From positions 1-61,708 of the forward strand of contig CAITYL010000060.1 of the NCBI GenBank assembly GCA_903896595.1: a stretch of DNA of 61,708 nt, written 5' to 3'. Source of the DNA: an uncultured Lentisphaerota bacterium. GTDB taxonomy: Bacteria; Verrucomicrobiota; Lentisphaeria; Oligosphaerales; CAITYL01. The notes below the pieces were generated by a model, which saw nothing but the letters and a program-made list of their open reading frames with translations, was not told the DNA's origin and did no database searches. Below, one piece after another: positions 10,621-20,915 of this stretch. How positions within the stretch are numbered: position 1 is the stretch's first letter; every line of letters starts with the position of its first letter. Both the position numbers and the translations under genes were made by a program.

Positions 10621-10717
10621 AACTTATTATAAGTTTGTAAATTGTTTTTTGTTAATTGCCAATACTCAGACTGCTTACGTCACAAAATATACAAACATTT
10701 TAAAAGTTTGCAAATTT
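10621..10717 (-). promoter_or_regulatory. Putative sigma70 promoter and operator upstream of the GntR-LacI regulator
   Basis: Minus-strand TTGCAA-N16-TATATT; inverted repeat AACTTAT-T-ATAAGTT (10621-10635); direct repeat AAGTTTG(T/C)AAATT at 10631 and 10705. Confidence 0.5.
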
Positions 10718-10744
10718 GGCGGGATTTTTGTCACGGGGGGTGTG

Positions 10745-10865
10745 GCTGAACGGGAGGGACTCCCGGGACCGGAGCGACCGGAGGAGGTTTGCCACTCTCC
10801 GGTCTCGCGAGTCGCTCAACTCCCTCGCGTCCTCACCCGGTGCCGGCCATGGGGCGTAATTCACC
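10745..10865. repeat. Family D repeat, copy 3
   Basis: Core plus the ...GGCCAT...CGTAATTCACC tail shared with copy 1. Confidence 0.85.
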
Positions 10866-10942
10866 CGTCACTCTAGGACCTCGGAGTGAAGCCCGAGCCA
10901 TACGCCATTTGCGAATCGTAGGTGCCCCCAATCGCTCAGTTG

Positions 10943-11021
10943 TTTTATCCGCGTTAATCCGCGTCATCAGCGGTCAAAAAACGAATTTAACTGCGGATGG
11001 CGCGGATGTGCGCGGATAAAA
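10943..11021. repeat. Inverted pair of ATCCGCG-type short tandem repeats
   Basis: TTTTATCCGCGTTAATCCGCGTCATCAGCGGT ... ACTGCGGATGGCGCGGATGTGCGCGGATAAAA. Confidence 0.75.
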
Positions 11022-11115
11022 CCAAGGAGAGTTCACCGCAAAAAAAATGCGCCTGCCGGTTTTTCTTTCGCGCTCCCTGCGTTCTTTCGCGGTTAATCAA
11101 ATGGGGGTGAATCAT

Positions 11116-12192
11116 TCAGACGATGACGCCGTTGCTGTCCGCCCGGGACGGGCGGCTCCCGGTGCCGGGAACCGCGGCGGTTGAGCCCCGGCTGACCAGG
11201 GTGGGCGGCAGCATGATCGTCTGCGGTGTGAGGTCGCCGCCGAGCAGGCGCAGGAGCTGCTGCACCGCCAGATGGCCAAGCTCGGGCCGCCGCTTGTCCA
11301 CGGTGGTCAACGCCGGCTGGCTGGTCGCCGACCACTCCGCATTGTCAAACCCGACCACCGAAACCGCCTCCGGCACCTTGACGCCCGCCGCCGCCAGTTC
11401 GCGCATGACGTTGACGGCCAGATGGTCGTTGGCGCAAAACAGCGCCGTGGCCGGGCCGGCGGCGGCCAGAAAGGCCCGGGCGGCCTGGACGCCGCCGGCG
11501 ACATCAAAGGCGTCATCCACAAACAACGGCAAGCCGCCGTCCCGCCGCGCCAGGCGGCGGACGGCGTCCCGAAAGCCGTTCAGGCGCCGCTCCAGGAGCG
11601 GATCGGCATGGTGGTGGTTGACCAGGGCGAAATGGCGGTGCCCCAATCCCCACAGATGCTCGGCCGCCAACCGCCCGCCGCCGAAGTCGTCGGTCACCAC
11701 GCTGGTGAACCCGGGGAGATCGCCCTCCAGCAGCACGAGTTTGGGGCAGCGTGCCGCCAGCAGGCGGGCATAGCCCTCGTCGGCGTGGTACACATAAATC
11801 AGGCCGTCCACATACCCCTTGGTGACCATGGACGGCAGTTCGCGGCGCTGCAGCTGTTCGGGCGTCACCGCGCCGAGCAAAATCTGCAAGTCGTTGTTGA
11901 TCAGCTCGATTTGCATGGCACTGACAAATTGCTGAAAAAAGCCCACCGGCTGCGGCACATTCCCTTCCCCATGCATGTAACGGTTGAGCAGCAACAGCCC
12001 GGCAATGCCGGTCTTGCGCAGCCGCAGGGCGTTGGCGAACGGATTGGGGGTGTAGTTCAGTTCCTGGGCGATCGCCCTCACCCGCGCACAGGTGTCCGCC
12101 GCATGCCCGGGCTTGCCGCTGAGAATCCGCGACACGCTGTAGCGGGACACCCCGGCGCGGGCGGCGATTTCCGTGATGGTGGCGCGTTCCAT
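11116..12192 (-). CDS. LacI-family transcriptional regulator
   Basis: ATITEIAARAGVSRYSVSRIL HTH; YTPNPFANALR; TALFCANDHLA; VPEAVSVVGFDN; PALTTV. Confidence 0.95.
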   Translation of the reverse strand: MERATITEIAARAGVSRYSVSRILSGKPGHAADTCARVRAIAQELNYTPNPFANALRLRKTGIAGLLLLNRYMHGEGNVPQPVGFFQQFVSAMQIELINNDLQILLGAVTPEQLQRRELPSMVTKGYVDGLIYVYHADEGYARLLAARCPKLVLLEGDLPGFTSVVTDDFGGGRLAAEHLWGLGHRHFALVNHHHADPLLERRLNGFRDAVRRLARRDGGLPLFVDDAFDVAGGVQAARAFLAAAGPATALFCANDHLAVNVMRELAAAGVKVPEAVSVVGFDNAEWSATSQPALTTVDKRRPELGHLAVQQLLRLLGGDLTPQTIMLPPTLVSRGSTAAVPGTGSRPSRADSNGVIV

Positions 12193-12242
12193 GGCAACCT
12201 TGAAAGAACGGAGTGAAACTTTCCTGCTAACCCCGCGGGCGT

Positions 12243-12271
12243 AACATAAGACCGGAGAGCCTCTTTGTCAG
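12243..12271 (-). promoter_or_regulatory. Putative sigma70 promoter of the LacI gene
   Basis: Minus-strand CTGACA-N17-TATGTT; the -10 overlaps a TGTTAC operator half-site. Confidence 0.45.
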
Positions 12272-12366
12272 AAGGGAAATCGTCGTCGCGTTCGTGCTCG
12301 TCATCGAATCGTGTACGACGGACGACAACTGAACCGCGCCAGCCGGGAACCGGTAATTGGTTTCGG

Positions 12367-13770
12367 CTATGCCGGGCCGGTGGGCGGCACGTAATGAGCG
12401 GGGCCGCCGTGGCGGCGGTAGAGCACGCAGGCCCGGGCGACGGCGGGGATCATGACCGCCCAGCCGGCGGCGCGCCAGACCAGCAGCCAGCGGTAATCCC
12501 CCAACCAGTCGATCAGCGCGCCCAGCAGGACGCTGAACAGCATGACGGCGAGCATGCCGAGCATGTTCACCGCCGAGCAAAACTGGCCGTAGCGCGCGGC
12601 CGGGAAAAACTGGATGTACATCGGCATCATCGCGGCCTGGACCCAGACCACGCCAACCACCGCCAGAATGCCGCAGGCGATCAGGGAGGAAGCGCCATGA
12701 ATGCTGAAAAAACTGGCGGCGGCGACGGCGCAGGAGAAGACCGCCCCGGCCAGCACCATGCGGGCCGGCCCCAAGCGGTCCACCAGCCACCCCAGCACGA
12801 TGACCAGCGGAATGGAGATCAGGCTGCCCCAGCCGGCGATCTTGCCAATGACGTCCAGGGAGCAGCCCAGAGTGTCACGTCCAAAAAACACCCAATACAG
12901 ATTCGAGATTTGCGCGACCTGAAAGGCAACCACCGCCAAAATGATCCAGCGCCACAGCGGGGCGTTGACACAGCTCTGAAAATAGTCCTGGACCCAGGCC
13001 ATCCAGCCGGGGCCGTGCCCCGCGCGTGGCGGCGGCGGCGGATACTCGCCTTCCCTGACCCGCCAGCAGAACAGCAGGAACGAGGTGGCGTAAACCACCC
13101 CGCCACCCAGGTAAATCCACGGCATGTAACGGTCCGCCAAACCGAAAATGTAGGCGCCCCAGACGAAACTGGCGAACTGGCCGATGATGCGCAGCAGCGC
13201 CAGGAACCGTCCCATCAGCGCGTGCGGCACCAGGTCGGCAAAGATGTACCAGTAGACGCAGTTGACGAACAGGTTGCAGGCCTGGAACAGGACCATGCAG
13301 GTGAACATCACGGTCAGGGTCACGGCGTAGGCGGAGAGCCCCCAGCCGGCCGGCAACTGCCGGTGCAGCCAGGCGCCGATCTGCGGCGAGAAACCGGTGA
13401 GCACCAGAAACAGCGCCACAAACGGGGTCGGCCACAGCAGGAACGGCAGGCGGCGGCCACGCGGGCCGCGATGCCGGTCGCTGGCGGTGCTGATGACCGG
13501 GTTCAGCACCATGTTCATGGCGCTGCTGATCGTCACCGTCAGCCCGATGATGGTGTTGCTGGCGCCGATCTCCTTGAGCGAGAGCGGCAGCAACGACGGC
13601 ATGACCGATTCCATCAGCGTCAGCGTGAAGTCCGCCAGCAGAATCCAGAAAAACAGCCAGACCAACTGCCGGCGGTTGTAGGTGAGCGTGCCGACGCTCC
13701 AGCTTTTCGGACCGGGCGCGGTGGCCGCGGCGGCCGACGACGGAGCAGGCGTAGGGAAGACGGAATTCAT
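12367..13770 (-). CDS. MFS transporter, paralog of 2955-4397
   Basis: Shares W.VGTL.YNR.QL, LLPLSLKEIGASNT, STASDR, EGEYPPPPPR and GQFCSA with the first MFS. Start placed at MNSVF. Confidence 0.88.
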   Translation of the reverse strand: MNSVFPTPAPSSAAAATAPGPKSWSVGTLTYNRRQLVWLFFWILLADFTLTLMESVMPSLLPLSLKEIGASNTIIGLTVTISSAMNMVLNPVISTASDRHRGPRGRRLPFLLWPTPFVALFLVLTGFSPQIGAWLHRQLPAGWGLSAYAVTLTVMFTCMVLFQACNLFVNCVYWYIFADLVPHALMGRFLALLRIIGQFASFVWGAYIFGLADRYMPWIYLGGGVVYATSFLLFCWRVREGEYPPPPPRAGHGPGWMAWVQDYFQSCVNAPLWRWIILAVVAFQVAQISNLYWVFFGRDTLGCSLDVIGKIAGWGSLISIPLVIVLGWLVDRLGPARMVLAGAVFSCAVAAASFFSIHGASSLIACGILAVVGVVWVQAAMMPMYIQFFPAARYGQFCSAVNMLGMLAVMLFSVLLGALIDWLGDYRWLLVWRAAGWAVMIPAVARACVLYRRHGGPAHYVPPTGPA

Positions 13771-13929
13771 GGGGTTTCGGAAATGCCCAGAGATGAGGTT
13801 GAGGATGGCAGGTGGCATGCCAAAACCGAAGCGGGGGACACCGACGGAGGCCAAACAACGTGGAATGACACCGCATTTTCTTTCAGAGCCGGGGAATGAA
13901 GCGCCACTCTTGGGCGCGGGAATGACCGG

Positions 13930-16035
13930 TCAAAACGGTCTTGCCCCCTCGGCCGCCACCGCATCACCGCCGGTGGTGACGCGCCGGTAAAAATAAACGG
14001 TGCCAAGGCGGTCCCTGGCGCCGACCGCCAGCGTCTCGCCGTCCGGCGAGAGCGCCAGGCAGCACGGCTCGCTGCTGGAATAGATCCCGTTTGAGGTGGA
14101 AATGAAGGTGCGCCCGGCCTCGCGCAGCCCGTTCCGGTCGTCGTATGAGAATACCGTGCCGAGATCACACGGATCGCCGGCCGCGCCCCAGGCGACGGTG
14201 CGGGCGGCGTTGGTGATCAACTGATGCACCGGACCGTGCGCAGCCACCGCGCCCAGGCCGTACACCGCGCCGGTGGCCGGACTGACCTTGGCCAGCATGG
14301 CGTCCCTGGTGGCGACCAGCCAACTGCCGTCGTGCCACGGCACGGTGGCGGCGGGCTCGGCCAGAAACCGCCGCCCGGAACGCTGCGGCAACCGCGCCTG
14401 GCGCACCACCGCGGGAAGTTCCGGCCCGGCCGCCGTCGCCATTGCCGAACCGAGCCCGGCGATTTTCGCAACGTGCCAGACACCATCCTGCGCCTCCAGC
14501 GTCACTTGATGCCGAAGGTCGGCGGGGCCGCCGCCGCAGGTGGCGATCACCCGCCCGTCAGCCGCCCAATCCAGGGCAAAAATCGCGCCTTCGCCAATGG
14601 GCAGCCGTTCCCACACCCGCACCGCCTGGCATTCCGCCGCCTGGATGGCCGAACTGTTTTCGGCGTAGAACTCGCCCATGCGGCCGTAGAACGCCTCCAG
14701 GTCGTAGTGGGGTTGGGCCGCCGCCTTGAAATCGGGGACCGGACACAGTTGGTCGGCGTCCTTGAACAGCAGGTAGGCATGGGTGTCCTGGCTGCGTTCG
14801 CGCGGCAAGGCGGCATCGCGCACCACGGCATCCAGGTCCAGCCGCACCACCACGGGCATGTCGTGGCTGTGGTTGCTGTCGGCGAGGTGCAGGGAGTTGT
14901 CGGCGGCGCGGGCGATGACCTTGCTGGTGATGGCGGTGACGCGTTCCCGGCTGCCGAGCACGCCCATGGCCGCCGGCGCCCGGCCGCGCAGGACGTCCCA
15001 CCGGTAAAGCTGGATGAGATTGCCAACCCCCCAGGCAAAGGGGAACATGCCGGTGACCCAAAGCACGCCGCCGGCATCGAAGGCCAGGCCTTTGAACACC
15101 ATTGGCGTGGCGGCGCGGTGCGCCTCGGGAATAAAGGTCCCCACGCGTTCAATTTTCTTGGTGGCGGGATCGAGGGCGAACATGAAATCGCTGAAATGGC
15201 AGCCGAACCAGACGCGGCCGTCGGGCCCGGTCTTGGCGTGGGCCAGCAAGCGGTGATGCCGCCACAGGTCGTTGCTTTCGCCGCTGCCGTCAATGCACAC
15301 GCCCAGGTCTTCCAGGGTCAGCGTGTCCACATTGGCGCGGATCAGGTGCCCGGAGCGGCTGGAGGTGTAGACGTGCCCCTGCGGGTCCTTGAACAGGCAG
15401 TAGGAGCCGAACTCGGTGACCTGGCCAAAATCGCGCAGCTCGCGGGTCGTCAAGTCCAGCCGGAACAGATGCCCCTTGAGGAAGGTGGTGAACCAGTAGG
15501 CGTGATGCCGGTCGTCGTAGACCGCGCCGTAAATGCTGTCGCGGCGCACCGGCACGCCCAAGCTGCGGACATCGCCGCTCCTGGGATCAAAGATCAGGAT
15601 GTGCGAGCCCGGCCAGCCCTCCCACTCGTGGTTGTAGCACTGGTCGAACAGCCAGTAGCGATGCACCGGCGACGGCGAGGTGGTGTGCGTGGTCATGATC
15701 AGCCGGCCGTCGCGCAGCGGCTGGATCGAGGTGTGGATCTTGCTCGGCGGGATTTCGCGCCCGCCGACCAGGGTTTCGCGGCCGGCATCGAACAAAAAGC
15801 GCAACTCGCCGCTTTGCGGCTCATATTCGTACAGCTCGACATGGTTGGCGCAGGTGCCCTCATTGCAGAGCGCGGCGTACATCAGGCCATTGCCGCCGTC
15901 GGCGAAATCCCAGATCGCGTTGTGCGTCGAGCGGTTGGGGAAATGACTGGTGCGCAGCGCGCCCTGCGGCACCAGATCGAAAAAGCCGGCCGGCAATTGG
16001 CTGGCGTCGCGGGTGTGAAGATGACCGTAATCCAT
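13930..16035 (-). CDS. Hypothetical beta-propeller protein
   Basis: Repeated blade-like strands (HILIFDPRSG, HLFRLDLTTR, FMFALDPATK, TVFSYDDRNG) and a KIHT motif. Start placed at MDYGH; the ORF-track extension to 16551 overlaps the upstream gene. Confidence 0.7.
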   Translation of the reverse strand: MDYGHLHTRDASQLPAGFFDLVPQGALRTSHFPNRSTHNAIWDFADGGNGLMYAALCNEGTCANHVELYEYEPQSGELRFLFDAGRETLVGGREIPPSKIHTSIQPLRDGRLIMTTHTTSPSPVHRYWLFDQCYNHEWEGWPGSHILIFDPRSGDVRSLGVPVRRDSIYGAVYDDRHHAYWFTTFLKGHLFRLDLTTRELRDFGQVTEFGSYCLFKDPQGHVYTSSRSGHLIRANVDTLTLEDLGVCIDGSGESNDLWRHHRLLAHAKTGPDGRVWFGCHFSDFMFALDPATKKIERVGTFIPEAHRAATPMVFKGLAFDAGGVLWVTGMFPFAWGVGNLIQLYRWDVLRGRAPAAMGVLGSRERVTAITSKVIARAADNSLHLADSNHSHDMPVVVRLDLDAVVRDAALPRERSQDTHAYLLFKDADQLCPVPDFKAAAQPHYDLEAFYGRMGEFYAENSSAIQAAECQAVRVWERLPIGEGAIFALDWAADGRVIATCGGGPADLRHQVTLEAQDGVWHVAKIAGLGSAMATAAGPELPAVVRQARLPQRSGRRFLAEPAATVPWHDGSWLVATRDAMLAKVSPATGAVYGLGAVAAHGPVHQLITNAARTVAWGAAGDPCDLGTVFSYDDRNGLREAGRTFISTSNGIYSSSEPCCLALSPDGETLAVGARDRLGTVYFYRRVTTGGDAVAAEGARPF

Positions 16036-16061
16036 GAGGGAACCGTGTTTCCGTTGATCGG

Positions 16062-18470
16062 TTACAGGGGTGAGAGCAAAACGGCCTGGCGCATGGCGCC
16101 CAGGAACGGGGCGCGGCGGTCGCCATAGCCTTTGGCGTCCGGCGCCTCCCAGGGGAACCCGGAAAGCCGCAGGTCGTCCTTGACCTGCCGCGCGGTGATG
16201 GCGAGTTCGCGCCGCCCTACCAGCTTGCCGTTGAGGAAAAGCTGCATGGCCGCGCCGTCGTACTCCGCCCGCACCTGGTACCAGGCGCCGGGGGCGAGGA
16301 ACCACGGGCGGCTCGCCAGGATCACCTGGCCATTGTTGAAAACCCCAAACTCCACGGCCCGGTCCGCCGCGAGGCGGACAAACCAATTTTCGCCCTGGCC
16401 GCCAAAATAGGCGCCTTCCGGCAACACGTTGTCCACCTTGATTTCCACCTGGTACGCGAAGTTCGCGAGGTTGAGCACGCCGCTGATTTTTTCGCTGCGC
16501 AGCGAGGCGGTTTCGCCATTGGCAAAGCTGGCGGTGGCCGGGGCCTGCCACACCGCCTTTGGCGGCGCGGGTGGCGCCACCGGCGGCGGCGAGCCCTGCA
16601 ACTTGAGGATGGCGTCGGCCAGGGCGCGCCGGTGCTGATCAAAAGTGGTGGACGGATGGGTGTGCAGGTAACGCTCCCGGGCCGCACGCTCGACCGGGAT
16701 GTCGGCCAACACGGCGGCGAGCACGGCCCGCGCCGCCTGGGCCCCGGCGCGGTTGCCGCCGGCTTCGGCTTGTTCGGCCAGCCGTTGCAGGGTGGTGTAA
16801 TAGCGCGCATCGTCAATGCCCTCGCGCACCCCTTCCCACGACATCGTCGGCACCGGCCCATCCGCCGCCGGATAGACGTAACGGTTGCCGTCCTGCCCCG
16901 CGAAGTTGAAGAACCAGGTGTAGACCCACTGGAACACGCCGCGCAACTCGCTCTTTTGCGCGGAAAGCCCCCAGTAGTAGCGGTCCGTATAGGCCACCCG
17001 CCCGCCACCGCCCTGGTTATACGCCCATTGCTCGATGCCGAACTCGCGACAGAGCTTGGCCCGTTCCGCGCCATAGGAGTTGTAGCAGAGCACATTCAGT
17101 TCTTTGGCGAACTTGCGGTCTTCACCGACCCAGGGGCCGCAATCGAGGAACAGTTTGATGTCGGGAATCTGCTTGCGCAACAGTTTCTGGTAATAGTCGG
17201 CAAAAATCATTTGTTCGGGATAAAAACCGGGCTCGTCGACCACTGAAAAATAAGGATCGGGCAATCCTTTGGCAGCGGCCATCGTACGGACTTGGCGCGC
17301 CAGATCCAAGGCAATCGCATCAAATTCCGGGGTGTACGGTTGGATGCTGAATTTTTGCTTCATGATGGTTTGCAACCCATCAAATGAGCCGTAAACCCAA
17401 GGCTTGGTAAAACCGGCTTTTTTATAGCCGTCGAGAATTTCACTCAGGGAATGGTGGAAATAACGCGGCGTTCCACCCCAGCTTGGGTCTGCGGGACGCG
17501 TGGCAAAGTCAATCTTGATCTTGCCCTCGACCTTGGTGATATTGGCCAACGGCCAGGTCCACATGCTGTTGAGGCCGTGCTCGCGCATGTCGGTGAAGTA
17601 CTTGTCGAGATTTTCCGGGTACATATTGTTATCGCCGTTGAGCAGGAAGCAATTACCGAACAGCCGGTCGGGCTCTTGCAGGGTGATCGGCAATACCTCC
17701 AGCTCCACCGCCAACTGGCGCCCGGCCGACGCGCCCGCAGCCAGCAGCTCCGCCCGCCCCCGGTAGAGACCGGCGGGCGTGCCCGTGGGCACATAGGCGG
17801 TGAGCCAATACTGGCGCGTCGTCCCCTTTTTCAGGTCAGCCGGAACGGAGTGCTCCAGCACGGACGGGTAATCCAGCGACACCTGCTTGCGCGGCTCTGG
17901 CCAGGGGATCATGCGGACTTCGCGCAGGTCGAGATTGGCAACCGCGAGTTCGTGCCCGGCGGCATCGCGCAACGGCGACAACCGCACCTGCAACATCGGC
18001 AGCTCGGCCAACGCATGAACCGCAAAGGTCAGCGGCTCATACTCGCCCGGCGCGGCAAAGGCGCGCACGGTCTCGATGCGGTTGTCGGGCAGGCTCCACG
18101 GAAAGACAAAGTCCGCCCACGGCCGGGCGAACAGCACCAGGCCGCTCTGTTTTTCCATGGCATTGGGGGTGATGCGCCATTCTTCCTTGGCCAGGGTCGG
18201 CCAACTTTCCAGGTCCCAATTGTCCAGCAATGGCCACTCGTCCAGATGGCGCAGCGCGCAACCGCGGTCGCGGCCCAGCTGGGCGAGCCCCGCGTAAATC
18301 TCCGGGGCGACGCGAGCGCCCTGCACGGCAAAGCCTGGCGGCACCCCCGGGCGCGGCGGGGCGCCGCCGACGTCCGCCGCCATCGTGCTCACGACACTGC
18401 CGGCGGCGAGCCCGAGGCGCATGCCCAGCCACCACCCCGTTGTTGCCCAACTGCGCGTTGTCATCATCAT
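16062..18470 (-). CDS. Secreted putative glycoside hydrolase (GH123/DUF4091-like) with C-terminal LamG-like domain
   Basis: Signal peptide; APGEYEPLTF, QYWLTAYVP...PAGLYRG, DMREHGLN, VVDEP, WEGVREGIDDARY; C-terminal WYQVRAEYDGAAMQLFLNG. Confidence 0.7.
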   Translation of the reverse strand: MMMTTRSWATTGWWLGMRLGLAAGSVVSTMAADVGGAPPRPGVPPGFAVQGARVAPEIYAGLAQLGRDRGCALRHLDEWPLLDNWDLESWPTLAKEEWRITPNAMEKQSGLVLFARPWADFVFPWSLPDNRIETVRAFAAPGEYEPLTFAVHALAELPMLQVRLSPLRDAAGHELAVANLDLREVRMIPWPEPRKQVSLDYPSVLEHSVPADLKKGTTRQYWLTAYVPTGTPAGLYRGRAELLAAGASAGRQLAVELEVLPITLQEPDRLFGNCFLLNGDNNMYPENLDKYFTDMREHGLNSMWTWPLANITKVEGKIKIDFATRPADPSWGGTPRYFHHSLSEILDGYKKAGFTKPWVYGSFDGLQTIMKQKFSIQPYTPEFDAIALDLARQVRTMAAAKGLPDPYFSVVDEPGFYPEQMIFADYYQKLLRKQIPDIKLFLDCGPWVGEDRKFAKELNVLCYNSYGAERAKLCREFGIEQWAYNQGGGGRVAYTDRYYWGLSAQKSELRGVFQWVYTWFFNFAGQDGNRYVYPAADGPVPTMSWEGVREGIDDARYYTTLQRLAEQAEAGGNRAGAQAARAVLAAVLADIPVERAARERYLHTHPSTTFDQHRRALADAILKLQGSPPPVAPPAPPKAVWQAPATASFANGETASLRSEKISGVLNLANFAYQVEIKVDNVLPEGAYFGGQGENWFVRLAADRAVEFGVFNNGQVILASRPWFLAPGAWYQVRAEYDGAAMQLFLNGKLVGRRELAITARQVKDDLRLSGFPWEAPDAKGYGDRRAPFLGAMRQAVLLSPL

Positions 18471-18599
18471 GAAACTCCTCGCCCGGGCGGCTTGACGCCC
18501 TGGCGGTTTTGCGGAAGACCAGCACGAAACAGCATCCCGACTGTTTGCCAGTCAGAATTTCAACGCAAGACACGACGTCGCGGGAAAAACCGCCCGGGG

Positions 18600-19265
18600 T
18601 TAGCGCCGACGGCGCAACAGTGCCATCGCGCCCAACCCCAACAACGCCAGTGAGGCCGGCTCGGGGACCGCACCAAACACATCCACTTCGCGATACATGG
18701 TTTCAGCGCCGACACCCGTGTCAAGGAAGGTGAACTGCAGTTTCTGGATCCCCTGCATTTCCGCTCCCGTGAAGGCCACCGACACCTTGACCGAGGTGTT
18801 TTGATTGCTGATGTTGTTGACGTCAGTCATCCAACTCCCTAGGTTCAAGGTGGTGAATGAGGCGCCGCCATCCGTGTTATAGCCGATCGTCCAATTCTGC
18901 TGACTGCGTGTTTGCCCGGAACCGGACGCCGAGTAGAACGCGATGCTGGAGAGGTTGTAGGCCGCGCCAAGTGTATAGGTCAGCGTGCTGTTATTGGCTG
19001 GGGTGAGGGTGTACGCCGTGTTGCCACGGTCGCTGGGAACCTCGAAAAAGATGCCGTCGGTCATTTTGACGGCGGAAGAGCCGTACAACGCGCTGCCAGC
19101 CAAGGTGCCGGTCATGCCGTTGATGAGATCGGTGCTGGACACGGTGTACGGATAATAGACGTTGGCGCCACCGTTTTCCACGGTGACCACGGCCGCGTTG
19201 CTGGCCATGGACAACAATACCCCGGCGCAGACGGCGACGATACTCACGGCTTGATTCGTTTTCAT
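18600..19265 (-). CDS. PEP-CTERM sorting domain protein with discoidin-like beta domain
   Basis: Signal peptide ending ASNA/AV; ETMYREVDVFG; C-terminus AVPEPASLALLGLGAMALLRRRR. Confidence 0.93.
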   Translation of the reverse strand: MKTNQAVSIVAVCAGVLLSMASNAAVVTVENGGANVYYPYTVSSTDLINGMTGTLAGSALYGSSAVKMTDGIFFEVPSDRGNTAYTLTPANNSTLTYTLGAAYNLSSIAFYSASGSGQTRSQQNWTIGYNTDGGASFTTLNLGSWMTDVNNISNQNTSVKVSVAFTGAEMQGIQKLQFTFLDTGVGAETMYREVDVFGAVPEPASLALLGLGAMALLRRRR

Positions 19266-19387
19266 GTGGCTGGTTCCTTGCTTGCAGATGGGTTTGAGAA
19301 CGTAACAACGAACGGAACGGATTGGACTGAACTGGCTGATAACGGAGCGCGTGTATTACCTCCTTTCGACGTTGAATGTTCTTCGCA

Positions 19388-20110
<723 letters not shown>

Positions 20111-20171
20111 CGCGGCACCTGTGGTCTCCCGACGTCCGTAGCCTCCGGTGGATCGCGGGTAATAAGCTTAC

Positions 20172-20209
20172 TGTTACCCGTAACATACACGGCTTTTTCC
20201 CGGATGCAA
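20172..20209 (-). promoter_or_regulatory. LacI-type operator TGTTAC-CC-GTAACA overlapping a putative sigma70 promoter
   Basis: 6-2-6 palindrome at 20172-20185; minus-strand TTGCAT-N16-TATGTT overlaps it; about 60 bp upstream of the first gene of module 2. Confidence 0.6.
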
Positions 20210-20596
20210 ATACTGGCCCGCTGTTTTTGCCAGCCGCCTTTCGAGAGCGCGAAGCGAGCGCGAGGGTTGCGTGAAGGGACGGGTGAAGTGGGATGGCCGC
20301 CGCGTCCTCCGGGTCTTCAAGGTCCTCGGTTGGGGATTGGGACCAAGTTCCTCTCCGTCCTCAGCGGCGACGTGGTTCAGCCAGCTCTGCGGGAGGCGGG
20401 GCGAGGACGTTGAGGACAATGGCGCACCGCGGACTCCCCGGCGTGCCCCGACATGGGCGACACGCCCGTGCCTGCAGGAGCGCGGGAAAAAGCGGCAAAG
20501 GAATTGCCGCACTCCAAAAACGGTGCAACCTCGTCCGCGTTCTGATGGACTTGAGCGACTGGAGAGACCGGCGGGACCGGAGAATGGCGGACTCAT

Positions 20597-20667
20597 GCGG
20601 ATTCCGCAGGCCGCTCCCGTGCAACCATCCACGACGGGGACGACAGAAGCGGCCAGCGGAATCCGCA
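20597..20667. repeat. Family C hairpin repeat (TGCGGATTCCGCAGGCCGC...GCGGCCAGCGGAATCCGCA)
   Basis: Stand-alone copy; the same unit sits inside the family B element at ~34897-34967. Confidence 0.8.
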
Positions 20668-20676
20668 AGATAAATT

Positions 20677-20713
20677 ATACATTTTTTGTCTATAATCATA
20701 CATTTTTTGTCTA
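20677..20713. promoter_or_regulatory. Tandem 16-bp direct repeat, candidate activator binding site
   Basis: ATACATTTTTTGTCTA at 20677 and 20698 (21-bp period); each copy contains ACA-N5-TGT. Confidence 0.6.
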
Positions 20714-20799
20714 AAAGATTACCGGAATGGCCAGAAAGAAAACAATAACATATCAACAATAGCTTAATCAAAAACAAGTTACACAAACAGCAAGCGCCA

Positions 20800-20816
20800 T
20801 GGCATCATCCCCGCTT
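20800..20816 (+). promoter_or_regulatory. Candidate sigma54 -24/-12 promoter
   Basis: TGGCATCATCCCCGCTT has GG-N10-GC spacing, but CCGC replaces consensus TTGC. It follows an AT-rich tract and precedes the M28 peptidase remnant. Confidence 0.4.
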
Positions 20817-20915
20817 TAGGGGTGACAGGAACGCCGGCCATCCGTCACCGCCCGGCGACCCGCCGGCGGTCCCGTCACCGGCCAACCGCATCAGTATTCA
20901 CAAGGATTCATCGTC

